64,000 bases of DNA from Caulobacteraceae bacterium (GTDB lineage Bacteria > Pseudomonadota > Alphaproteobacteria > Caulobacterales > Caulobacteraceae). Location: contig DATBEN010000208.1 in NCBI GenBank assembly GCA_036276055.1, positions 174 to 64,173 on the forward strand. The letters run 5' to 3'. The translations under genes and the position numbers were made by a program. How positions within the stretch are numbered: position 1 is the stretch's first letter; each line of letters starts with the position of its first letter. Below, piece after piece: positions 45,323-53,686 of the stretch. The notes under the pieces are model-generated. The model worked only from the letters and a program-made list of their open reading frames with translations, searched no databases and was not told the origin of the DNA.

Positions 45323-45921
45323 GCCTGCTGATCGCCTCTCAGGTGCTGCTGTGGGTCCTGGTGCTGGGGCTGCTGGTGGTGGTGCTCGCGCTCGCCCGGC
45401 AGATCGGCCTCCTCCACGAGCGGATCGCGCCGGTGGGCGCCCTGGCGATCGCCGGCGGTCCGGAGGTGGGCCAGCCCGCCCCGACGATGACGCTCGAGAC
45501 GCTGGAAGGGGCCAGCCTGCGCCTCACCGCCCCCTCCGAGGGCGGGCGCATGATCCTGTTCGTGTCGTCCGACTGCCCGGTGTGCAAGCGCTTGATCCCA
45601 CTGGCGAAGTCGGTGGCCAAGGCGGAACGGCTGGACCTCGTTTTCGCCGGCGACGGCCCCGCAGCCGACCTGCGCAGCCTGGTGGCGCGCCACGGCCTCG
45701 AGGCCTATCCGTTCGTCAACAGCCGCGATCTTGGCATGGCGTTCCAGGTGGCCAAGCTGCCTTACGCCGTCCTCCTCGACGAGGCCGGACGCATCGCCGC
45801 CAAGGGCCTGGTCAACACACGCGAACATCTCGAGAGCCTGGTGACGGCCAAGACGGTGGGGTTCGCATCCATCCAATCCTATCTCGCTGCGCGCGAGGCC
45901 CAGCCTTCGGTGACCGCATGA
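45319..45921 (+). CDS. mauD: MauD thioredoxin-like maturation protein
   Basis: LARQIGLLHERIAPVGAL, CPVCK, KLPYAVL, KGLVNTREHLESL. Confidence 0.92.
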   Translation: MSLLIASQVLLWVLVLGLLVVVLALARQIGLLHERIAPVGALAIAGGPEVGQPAPTMTLETLEGASLRLTAPSEGGRMILFVSSDCPVCKRLIPLAKSVAKAERLDLVFAGDGPAADLRSLVARHGLEAYPFVNSRDLGMAFQVAKLPYAVLLDEAGRIAAKGLVNTREHLESLVTAKTVGFASIQSYLAAREAQPSVTA

Positions 45922-45958
45922 GCGGGACTTCGGGAATTGCCGGACAGGGGAGGGCTTC

Positions 45959-46486
45959 GTGACCAGACTGACGCTTGATGGGCTTGGCGAGCGGCTGACG
46001 CGGCGTTTGGCGGGCCGGCTCTCCCGGCGGAGCGCCCTGGCGCGGCTTGGCGCGACGGTGGTTGCAGCTCCCCTGCTGCCGGTCCTGCCGGTGGCGCGGG
46101 CGGAAGCGGCCTTGCCCAGCAGCTTCACCCGCAACGCCCAGACGAAGGACCCGACCAAGTGCGACTACTGGCGCTACTGCGCCATCGATGGCCTGTTGTG
46201 CACCTGCTGCGGCGGCGCGGTGCACACCTGTCCGCCGGGAACCCAGGCCTCGCCCACTTCCTGGGTGGGCACCTGCGTCAATCCCGACGACGGGAAGTCC
46301 TACCTGATCGCCTATCGCGATTGCTGTGGGGCCACGCCGTGCCATTCCAAGTGCCATTGCGACGGCACAGAGCGGGAAACGCCGCTCTACCGGCCGCAGG
46401 GCGACAACGACGTGATCTGGTGCTTCGGCCTCACCACCATGGCTTACCACTGCTCGACGGCCGCCCTGGTCGGGCTGGCGGAGTGA
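45959..46486 (+). CDS. mauA: TTQ amine dehydrogenase small subunit (MauA/AauA-like)
   Basis: SRRSAL Tat signal; CDYWRYCAIDG, CTCCGG, both TTQ Trp residues (SWVGTC, NDVIWC), DCCG, YHCS. Confidence 0.93.
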   Translation: MTRLTLDGLGERLTRRLAGRLSRRSALARLGATVVAAPLLPVLPVARAEAALPSSFTRNAQTKDPTKCDYWRYCAIDGLLCTCCGGAVHTCPPGTQASPTSWVGTCVNPDDGKSYLIAYRDCCGATPCHSKCHCDGTERETPLYRPQGDNDVIWCFGLTTMAYHCSTAALVGLAE

Positions 46487-46941
46487 AGATCGCCCTTCCT
46501 GGGGCGCTCCTTGGCAGTCTTGTTCTGGCGGGCTTTGCGGCGCGCGCCGCGCCATCTTCGGCCGTATTCGACCAGACGTGCGCCCTGTGCCATCAGGCCC
46601 GTGGCGTGGGCGCGCCAGGCCAGTTCCCGCGCCTGGCTGGCCGCGCCGCGGCCCTGGCCCGCCTGCCGACCGGACGCAGGCTGATGATCGCCGCCGTGCT
46701 CGACGGCAGCGTCGGCCACGTCCAGGCCGATCATCAGACCATCGTCGGCGTGATGCCGGGCTTTAGCCAGCTCACGGACGCCCAGGTGTGCGAGGCGCTC
46801 AACTATGTCGCCAGCCTCGACGGGGGCTCGGCCCCGCCGTTCACGCCGGCGGAGGTCGCCGCCGTGCGCGCCCATCCCCTGACCCCCAACGAGGTCAACG
46901 TCATGGCCCGCGATCCCGCCATCGAGGCGGCCGCCCCGTGA
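46483..46941 (+). CDS. Monoheme class I cytochrome c (His/Met)
   Basis: GTGA overlap with mauA stop; signal peptide; CALCH; GVMPGF axial-Met motif. Confidence 0.85.
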   Translation: MKIALPGALLGSLVLAGFAARAAPSSAVFDQTCALCHQARGVGAPGQFPRLAGRAAALARLPTGRRLMIAAVLDGSVGHVQADHQTIVGVMPGFSQLTDAQVCEALNYVASLDGGSAPPFTPAEVAAVRAHPLTPNEVNVMARDPAIEAAAP

Positions 46942-47429
46942 GCGTCCTGGCCCTGGCTGCGGGGCTCGTGGCGCTGTCGACAGGCGCGCCCGCCCCTGCG
47001 CCGGCGGACCACCTCACGGCGAAGTCGAACTATCTGGAGCGCTGCGGCGGGTGCCATGGGGTCCAGGGCCGCGCCTTCGCCGCCACCGTTCCGGACCTCC
47101 GCGACCGGGCCGGTTGGTTCCTCTGCGACGCGGCCGGCCGGGACTACCTGTCCCGGCTGCCGAACATCGTCTTCTCCCACCTCACGGACGCCGACCTCGC
47201 GGCTCTGCTCAACTACGTCGTCTTCGACCTGGGGGGAGCGAGCGCGCCGAAGGGCGCGAAGCCCTACACCGCCGTCGAGATGGCCCGAGCGCGGCGGGAG
47301 GCCTTGAGCATCCCCGACCTCGAAAGCTACCGCAGCCAGGTGGTGAAGGTCCTGGTCGCCCGCTGCGGCGCCCCCGAAGCCCTCGCCACCGACTACGCCC
47401 CCGTGCTGGGCCCCAGCGGAACGCGATAG
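46938..47429 (+). CDS. Monoheme cytochrome c lacking the canonical axial Met
   Basis: GTGA overlap; signal peptide; CGGCH; paralogous to the upstream cytochrome but has LPNIVFS in place of GVMPGFS. Confidence 0.82.
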   Translation: MSVLALAAGLVALSTGAPAPAPADHLTAKSNYLERCGGCHGVQGRAFAATVPDLRDRAGWFLCDAAGRDYLSRLPNIVFSHLTDADLAALLNYVVFDLGGASAPKGAKPYTAVEMARARREALSIPDLESYRSQVVKVLVARCGAPEALATDYAPVLGPSGTR

Positions 47430-47511
47430 CCCGAAGGTCCCGGTCTGGACTTTTGGTCTGCGCCGCCCTCTTACGGCGATCCCTTCCTAGCTTCGCCGGA
47501 CAACGTCGCCG

Positions 47512-48600
47512 ATGACCCGCACCTCCAACGCCGCTCGCCTGCTGGTCCTGCCTGGCGACGGGATCGGGCCGGAGATCATGGGCGAGGCCGTACGCGTGCT
47601 GGATCGCGCGGCCGAGGAGGCGGGCCTGGCCGTCGAGATGGAGACGGGACTCGTTGGGGGTGCGGCGATCGACGCGTGCGGCGCGCCTTTGCCGGACGAC
47701 GTCCTCGCCCGCGCCAAGGCGTGCGACGCGGTGCTGTTCGGCTCGGTCGGCGGACCCAAATGGGATCGCTTGGGCTTCGACCTGCGGCCGGAGATGGCGA
47801 TCCTGGGACTGCGCTCCGAACTCGGACTCTTCGCCAACCTGCGCCCGGCCATGGTGTTCGACTCCCTCGCAGCGGCCTCGCCGCTCCGGCCGGAGCTCGC
47901 CCGCGCCCTCGACGTGATGATCGTCCGCGAAGCCACCGGCGGGGTCTATTTCGGCGAGCCGCGCGGGATCGAGACCCGGGCCGACGGCTCGCGCCGCGGC
48001 TTCAACACCGAATCCTACGAGACCTCCGAGATCGAGCGCGTCGCGCGCACCGCCTTCCGGATCGCCCGTGGACGGCGCGGCCGCGTGACGAGCGTGGAGA
48101 AGGCGAACGTCATGGAGAGTGGCCTTGTCTGGCGGGAGACCGTCGAGGCCCTCGGCCGGCGCGAGTTCCCCGATGTCGCGCTCGAGCATATGTACGCCGA
48201 CAACTGCGCCATGCAGCTCGCCCGGGATCCGGGACGGTTTGACGTCATCGTGACCACCAACCTCTTCGGCGACCTGCTGTCCGACCTCGCCGGCGCCCTC
48301 ACCGGCAGTCTGGGGCTGCTTCCCTCGGCGACGGTGGGCGCGATCGGCTCCAAGGGACCCTTCCTGTTCGAGCCCATCCACGGCTCGGCCCCGGACATCG
48401 CCGGACAGGGGATCGCCAATCCCCTCGGCCAGATCCTGTCCCTGGCGCTGCTGTTCCGCTGGGCGTTGGGCCTGGAAGAGTCGGCCACGAGCATCGAGCG
48501 CGCCTGCGCGGCCGCTCTGGCTTCGGGCGCTCGCACCCGCGACCTCGGCGGGGATCTCACGACCCGTCAGATGGGCGACGCGGTCCTCGCCGCCCTGTGA
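47512..48600 (+). CDS. leuB: 3-isopropylmalate dehydrogenase-like beta-decarboxylating dehydrogenase
   Basis: LPGDGIGPEI, LFANLRP, VEKANVM, NLFGDLLSD, EPIHGSAPDIAG. No leuC/leuD nearby. Confidence 0.8.
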   Translation: MTRTSNAARLLVLPGDGIGPEIMGEAVRVLDRAAEEAGLAVEMETGLVGGAAIDACGAPLPDDVLARAKACDAVLFGSVGGPKWDRLGFDLRPEMAILGLRSELGLFANLRPAMVFDSLAAASPLRPELARALDVMIVREATGGVYFGEPRGIETRADGSRRGFNTESYETSEIERVARTAFRIARGRRGRVTSVEKANVMESGLVWRETVEALGRREFPDVALEHMYADNCAMQLARDPGRFDVIVTTNLFGDLLSDLAGALTGSLGLLPSATVGAIGSKGPFLFEPIHGSAPDIAGQGIANPLGQILSLALLFRWALGLEESATSIERACAAALASGARTRDLGGDLTTRQMGDAVLAAL

Positions 48601-48777
48601 AGAACCGGCGCCCAAGCCGACGGCCGATCAAGAAAAATCATCAGGACACGGCCCTATCTGCTGGACAGTCCAGACACAGACGCTAGCTTTCGATGGAGGC
48701 GGGGGCCCGCGCGACGCCGAGGCGGAGCGAGGGCAGGGCAAACATCTCCCGTCAACGAAACTGAAGACGGGGAACTC

Positions 48778-51033
48778 ATGACTCGACACCTTCTCGGAGG
48801 GGCGGCGGTTGGCGCTCTGGCCATGGGCATGGCTTGGGGCGTCTCGGCCCAGTCCGCGGTGACAGGTGCGGGCGCGCTCACGCCCAGCACCTCGGCCGCC
48901 GCCAGCGTCGGCGAAATCGTCGTCACCGCCGAGCGCCGTACGCAGTCGGTGCAGACCGTCGACATCTCCATGACCGTCCTCGGCTCGGGCGATCTGATCA
49001 AGCAGAACGTGGTCAGGGTCAACGACCTGCAGAACGCCTCGCCCAACCTGCAGGTCGAGCCGGCCTTCGGCAGCGGCCAGCCGGAATTCCGCATCCGCGG
49101 CGTCGGCTTCCAGGACTACGCCTCGAACAACTCGCCGACGGTGGGGATCTACATCAACGACGTCGCCTATCCGATCCCAATCATGACGGAGGGCTCCTTC
49201 TTCGACATCCAGCGTGTCGAGGTGTTGCGCGGGCCGCAGGGCACCCTTTACGGGCGCAACACCACGGGCGGCGCCGTCAACATCTACACCAACCAGCCCA
49301 CGTCGACCTACTCGGCCGGCGCCGAGATCGAATACGGCAGCTATTCATGGCTGCACGCCGAGACCTACGTCTCCGGCCCCATCGCCAACGATCTGACGAG
49401 CCGCTTCGCCTTCATGACCGACCAGGGAGGCGCCTATCAGTTCAATCGCGTCACCGGCAGCCCGTTCGGCAATGCGCACCGCTTCGGCTTCCGCTGGATC
49501 ACTGACTGGACGCCGGTCAGCAAACTGGACATCAAGCTCGAGTTGCACGGCTTCATCGACAACTCGGACGGCCAGGGCCTGTATCTGTTCACGCCGGCCA
49601 ATGATGGCGCCGGCTTCACCGCTCCGGCGGACAAGAGTCACTACGCCACCGGCTGGGACCTCGACCCGACCTTCGCCAGCTTCATCGGCGCGCCGGCCCA
49701 CGCCGCGCCGTTCCGCCACAACGTCCAGGACGGCGGCTCCCTCAACATCAAGTACGACCTCGGATTCGCCCAGCTCGAAAACATCTTCAGCTACGACTTC
49801 ATGAACCGGCGAGAGCTGGAGGACTGGGGCGCCGTGCCAGAGGAGGTGGCGGACACCTTCTTCCACACTCGGTCCACGGTTATCGCTGATGAACTGCGGC
49901 TCGTCTCGCGGGACACCGGACCCCTGACCTGGATCGCTGGCCTCTACGTTTCGTACCAGAACCAGAACGAAGCCTATCTGTCAGATTTCCTTGACATCTA
50001 TGGTATCTCGGCTGGCGTGCACTACAACCAGCACGTCAATTCCGAAGCTGTGTTCGGCCAGGTCGAATACAAGATCACAGACACCTTGAAGCTGATCGGC
50101 GGTCTGCGCTTCGAGGACGAGCATCGCTACCTGGACAACTTCCAGAGTCAGTTCCTGTTCGGCACGGCGCCCGTGTCTGGGCTTTCGCCTTCCAATGCTA
50201 CCGAATCCATGTCGCCCGTCACCGGCAAGGCGGCCCTGGAGTACACACCATCGTCCGACCTGATGCTCTATGGGTCCATCAGCCGCGGGGTGAAGTCGGG
50301 TGGTTTCACCACTTACAACACCGCTAACGTGCAGGGAATTTCCGCCTTCCAGCCGGAGAAGCTCTGGGCCTTCGAGACCGGTTACAAGTACACGATCCTC
50401 CAAAGGCTGCGGTTCGACGGGGCCTTGTTCTACTACGACTACACCGACCAGCAGGTGCTGTCGGCCCTCTTCACGCCTGGCGTGAACGGCGCCCCGCCCA
50501 CGATCATCGGCCACTTCATCAATGCCCCGAAGTCACACATCGAGGGTGGCGAGGTCAGCCTCGAGGGCGAACTCGCCCCGCACCTGATGATCTCGCAGCA
50601 GATCGGCTACGCCCTGGGCCACTACGACAATTTCAAGGAGTTCAACCTTGCCGCCTTTCAAGAGACTGGCGCGACGGGGATCAGCAATCAGTCCGGCGCA
50701 TCCCTGCCATTCCCGAAGTTGAGCTACGAAGGCTCCGTGTCCTATTGGTTCTGGATCGCTTCGGACACCAAGCTCGAGCCGGAAATCGACTACAGCTACC
50801 ATGGCGACTATCCGTCGTGGCTGGGATCCCTCTACGACATCCCCGCTTATTGGCTGGTCAACTTCAACCTGACGCTCACGCCGCCGGGCGGCAAGTGGAC
50901 AGTGGCTCTGTGGATCCACAACCTCTTCAACAAGGAATACGACCTGACCCGGAACTTCTTCGTTCCCGGTGTCAACGTCGCCGACCCCGGACCCCCACGG
51001 ATGATCGGCGGCCGCCTTACCTACGCCTTCTGA
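48778..51033 (+). CDS. TonB-dependent receptor
   Basis: EIVVTAERR, IRGVG, VEVLRGPQGTLYGRNTTGGAVN, C-terminal Phe. Confidence 0.95.
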   Translation: MTRHLLGGAAVGALAMGMAWGVSAQSAVTGAGALTPSTSAAASVGEIVVTAERRTQSVQTVDISMTVLGSGDLIKQNVVRVNDLQNASPNLQVEPAFGSGQPEFRIRGVGFQDYASNNSPTVGIYINDVAYPIPIMTEGSFFDIQRVEVLRGPQGTLYGRNTTGGAVNIYTNQPTSTYSAGAEIEYGSYSWLHAETYVSGPIANDLTSRFAFMTDQGGAYQFNRVTGSPFGNAHRFGFRWITDWTPVSKLDIKLELHGFIDNSDGQGLYLFTPANDGAGFTAPADKSHYATGWDLDPTFASFIGAPAHAAPFRHNVQDGGSLNIKYDLGFAQLENIFSYDFMNRRELEDWGAVPEEVADTFFHTRSTVIADELRLVSRDTGPLTWIAGLYVSYQNQNEAYLSDFLDIYGISAGVHYNQHVNSEAVFGQVEYKITDTLKLIGGLRFEDEHRYLDNFQSQFLFGTAPVSGLSPSNATESMSPVTGKAALEYTPSSDLMLYGSISRGVKSGGFTTYNTANVQGISAFQPEKLWAFETGYKYTILQRLRFDGALFYYDYTDQQVLSALFTPGVNGAPPTIIGHFINAPKSHIEGGEVSLEGELAPHLMISQQIGYALGHYDNFKEFNLAAFQETGATGISNQSGASLPFPKLSYEGSVSYWFWIASDTKLEPEIDYSYHGDYPSWLGSLYDIPAYWLVNFNLTLTPPGGKWTVALWIHNLFNKEYDLTRNFFVPGVNVADPGPPRMIGGRLTYAF

Positions 51034-51086
51034 CGAGGGGCGCCCGCGTTCGTGAGGTCAGCGAGGTCCGTGGTTCGTCCGGCGCA

Positions 51087-51620
51087 TCAATGGCGGTCGG
51101 TGCGTGAGACAATGAAGTCCATCAGCGCCAGCAGGACGCCCGAGACGACGAACGTCAGCAGGATGACGACCTGCCAGAGCAGCATCGCCTGGTCGGGCGG
51201 GTGGTCGTTGATCTCCAGGTAGGTCCGCAGCAGGGCGATGGCCGAGATCGCGACGATCGAGGCGATCAGCTTCATCTTCAGGTTCGAGAAGTCGACCTTG
51301 CCCATCCAGGAGGGCCGGTCCTCGGGTTGCACAGTGTCGATGCGGGTGACGAAGTTCTCATATCCCGACAGAATGACGATGATCACCAGATTACCCGTCA
51401 GCGACAGGTCGATCATCGACAGCGACATCAGGATTCCCGCCTCCGGCAGTTTGGCCAGGGGCGTCAGCACGAGGTGGGCCAGGTCCACGATCAGCGAGAC
51501 GACGAACACCGCCAGCAGGCTCGCAAGGGCGATCGCCAGGCCGATATAGAAGGGCGCGAGGAGCCATCTGGAGGCGAACAGCCCCGCTTCCATCGCCCTG
51601 CCGAGGCGAGACGCCTTCAT
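51087..51620 (-). CDS. UPF0114/YqhA (TIGR00645) membrane protein
   Basis: FASRWLLAPFYIGL, SGYENFV, LKMKLIASIVAISAI. Confidence 0.9.
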   Translation of the reverse strand: MKASRLGRAMEAGLFASRWLLAPFYIGLAIALASLLAVFVVSLIVDLAHLVLTPLAKLPEAGILMSLSMIDLSLTGNLVIIVILSGYENFVTRIDTVQPEDRPSWMGKVDFSNLKMKLIASIVAISAIALLRTYLEINDHPPDQAMLLWQVVILLTFVVSGVLLALMDFIVSRTDRH

Positions 51621-51704
51621 CCCCGTGCTCCTGGTTTGAGCGCGCCGACTGCGGTCAAGTCCTCGCTCATACCACGGTCGGGCCGGGCGGGTGGCGAAGG
51701 ACGT

Positions 51705-53543
51705 TCAGCCCGGCGGCGGTTCGAAGGCCGGTTCACCCGCATCGGCCCGGGCGAGGAGGGCCTTGAACCGGTCGACCGGCAGCGGCCGACAGAACGCGAA
51801 GCCCTGGCCGAGCGGGCAGCGCATCGATCGCAGGATCTCGAGGTCCGCGACGCGTTCGATCCCCTCGGCGACCACGTCGATCCCCAGCACGCGACCAAGC
51901 TCGATCACCGCTCCCACGATGATCCGGCGTCCCGCGTTGGGCCGCAGTTCACCGACGAAGCTGCGGTCGATCTTGACCTCCGTGATGGGGAAGCGGTCGA
52001 GATAGGCCAGATTGGAATAGCCGGTGCCGAAGTCATCCACTGAGAGACCCACGCCCAGGGCCCTTAGCCGCTTGAGCAGGCCCAGGACCTCGAGCGAGCC
52101 TTCCGCCAGCAGGGTCTCGGTCAGCTCGAGCGTGAGCCAGGACGGGTCTGCGCCGGTCGCGGACAGGGTTTCGGCCAGGGAGTCGGCGAAATCTCGGTGC
52201 ATGAGCTCCGCCACCGAGACGTTGACGGCGACGCTCAGCGCCCGCCCGCGGCCGCGATTGATTTCCGCCGCGAAGCACGCGGCCTCCCGCCGCCCCCATT
52301 GGCCAAGCGGCACGATCAGGCCGCTCTCCTCGGCCAGGCTGATGAAGCGGGCTGGCGGCTGGAGTCCGAACACGCCGTGGTCCCAGCGCATCAGCGCCTC
52401 GACGCCGACGACTTCGCCGGAGTTCAGATCGATCTTCGGCTGGTAGTGGAACAGGAACTCGCCATTGGCCAGCGCATGCTGGATCTCGCCCGTGAGCCGG
52501 ACCCGGTTGCGGAAGCGCGCGACGCTGTCCGCGTCGAATTCCTGGGGCTCGCGCAACCGTCCCGAACGGGATTCGTGGAGAGCCGCCCCGGCCTGGCGCA
52601 TCAGGCCGATGGCGTTCGCCCCCGGCGACGACAGGACGAAGCCCATGGCGAAGCGCGGCTCGATGGCCGCGCCCGGAAGGGCGTAGGGCCGCTCGATCGC
52701 CGCCTTGAGGGCCTTGAGCCTCGAGGGGGCCGGCTCGCTAGCCTTCAACCGCCAGACGATCGCGAACTCGTCCCCACCCATACGGCCAAGCGCCTCGGGA
52801 CCAAGTTCCGCCAGGCGATTGGCGATCTGGCGGATCAGTTCGTCGCCCGCATCGTGACCATAGCCGGTGTTGATCTCGTGGAACCCTGCCAGGTCGATCA
52901 TGATCACCATCAGCCGGGCCGGCTGCTCCTCGAGCAGCTTCTCGACCCGCTGCTGCATGGCGTGCCGGTTGAGGACACCCGTCAGCGGGTCGATCTGCCC
53001 AGCCCGGTCGAGACGCTCGGCGGCCATGCGATCCTCGGTCACATCCCGCATCAGGCCCAGGTAGCAGGTGGCCTGACCCGTCCGGTCGACCACCGGCAGC
53101 AGGCGCAAGGCGTTCCAGAACAGCACGCCGTCCTTGCGGTAGTTGCGCAGGGTCACCGAGACCGGCGCGCGGCGGGAAATCGCCTCATCGAGGATGTCGA
53201 TTTCGGGTTGCAGTTGGTCGGCTGCCTGGAGGAAGCGAGTGTTCTGGCCGATCGCCTCGTCTCGCGAATAGCCAGTGATGGTCTCGAACGCCCGATTGAC
53301 GAATGTCAGGGGCAGTCGCGGATCGCGGAGGTCAACAAGGAGCGCGCCTTCTCCGCTCGCCTCCAGCATCTCGACCAGCGCCGCCAGCGGGACGGCGTAG
53401 TCGTCATCGGATGACGGCGACGCCACCGGCTCAGCCGTCAGTTGGCGGGTGCGCAGGTTTGGGACGCTCGCCACCTGTACCTCGGTCCGAGTCGGTCCGC
53501 CAAGACGCGCGCGAACCAAGGAAAAGCCATACCAAATGCTCAC
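51705..53543 (-). CDS. LOV-like PAS + GGDEF + EAL cyclic-di-GMP enzyme
   Basis: FVNRAFETITGYS, GQNTRFLQ, NYRKDG; DPLTG, GGDEF; YQPK, EAL, DDFGTGYS. True start may lie downstream of 53543. Confidence 0.9.
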   Translation of the reverse strand: MSIWYGFSLVRARLGGPTRTEVQVASVPNLRTRQLTAEPVASPSSDDDYAVPLAALVEMLEASGEGALLVDLRDPRLPLTFVNRAFETITGYSRDEAIGQNTRFLQAADQLQPEIDILDEAISRRAPVSVTLRNYRKDGVLFWNALRLLPVVDRTGQATCYLGLMRDVTEDRMAAERLDRAGQIDPLTGVLNRHAMQQRVEKLLEEQPARLMVIMIDLAGFHEINTGYGHDAGDELIRQIANRLAELGPEALGRMGGDEFAIVWRLKASEPAPSRLKALKAAIERPYALPGAAIEPRFAMGFVLSSPGANAIGLMRQAGAALHESRSGRLREPQEFDADSVARFRNRVRLTGEIQHALANGEFLFHYQPKIDLNSGEVVGVEALMRWDHGVFGLQPPARFISLAEESGLIVPLGQWGRREAACFAAEINRGRGRALSVAVNVSVAELMHRDFADSLAETLSATGADPSWLTLELTETLLAEGSLEVLGLLKRLRALGVGLSVDDFGTGYSNLAYLDRFPITEVKIDRSFVGELRPNAGRRIIVGAVIELGRVLGIDVVAEGIERVADLEILRSMRCPLGQGFAFCRPLPVDRFKALLARADAGEPAFEPPPG

Positions 53544-53547
53544 GCTC

Positions 53548-53562
53548 TGAACAAACAGTTCA
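53548..53562. promoter_or_regulatory. Palindromic candidate operator between divergent genes
   Basis: TGAAC-AAACA-GTTCA. Confidence 0.35.
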
Positions 53563-53686
53563 CGCTAAGGCGCGCCGGTCCCCATCGGCCACTGGTAGGA
53601 TTACGAGGCACGCCAGTATAGGGTGCGTGACAGGCGGTCGCAGCCGCGGTGACCCGATTGGCGGCGTTGCGCGTCAGGAAACAGCT

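Noticed and set aside
46483-47429. Possibility that the two cytochromes are a frameshift-split mauG
   Set aside because: Each has its own signal peptide and a single CxxCH, they resemble each other, and neither shows cytochrome c peroxidase/MauG motifs.
53548-53562. GAAC-N5-GTTC as a third SOS box
   Set aside because: It is an inverted repeat, whereas the alphaproteobacterial LexA site is the direct repeat GTTC-N7-GTTC.
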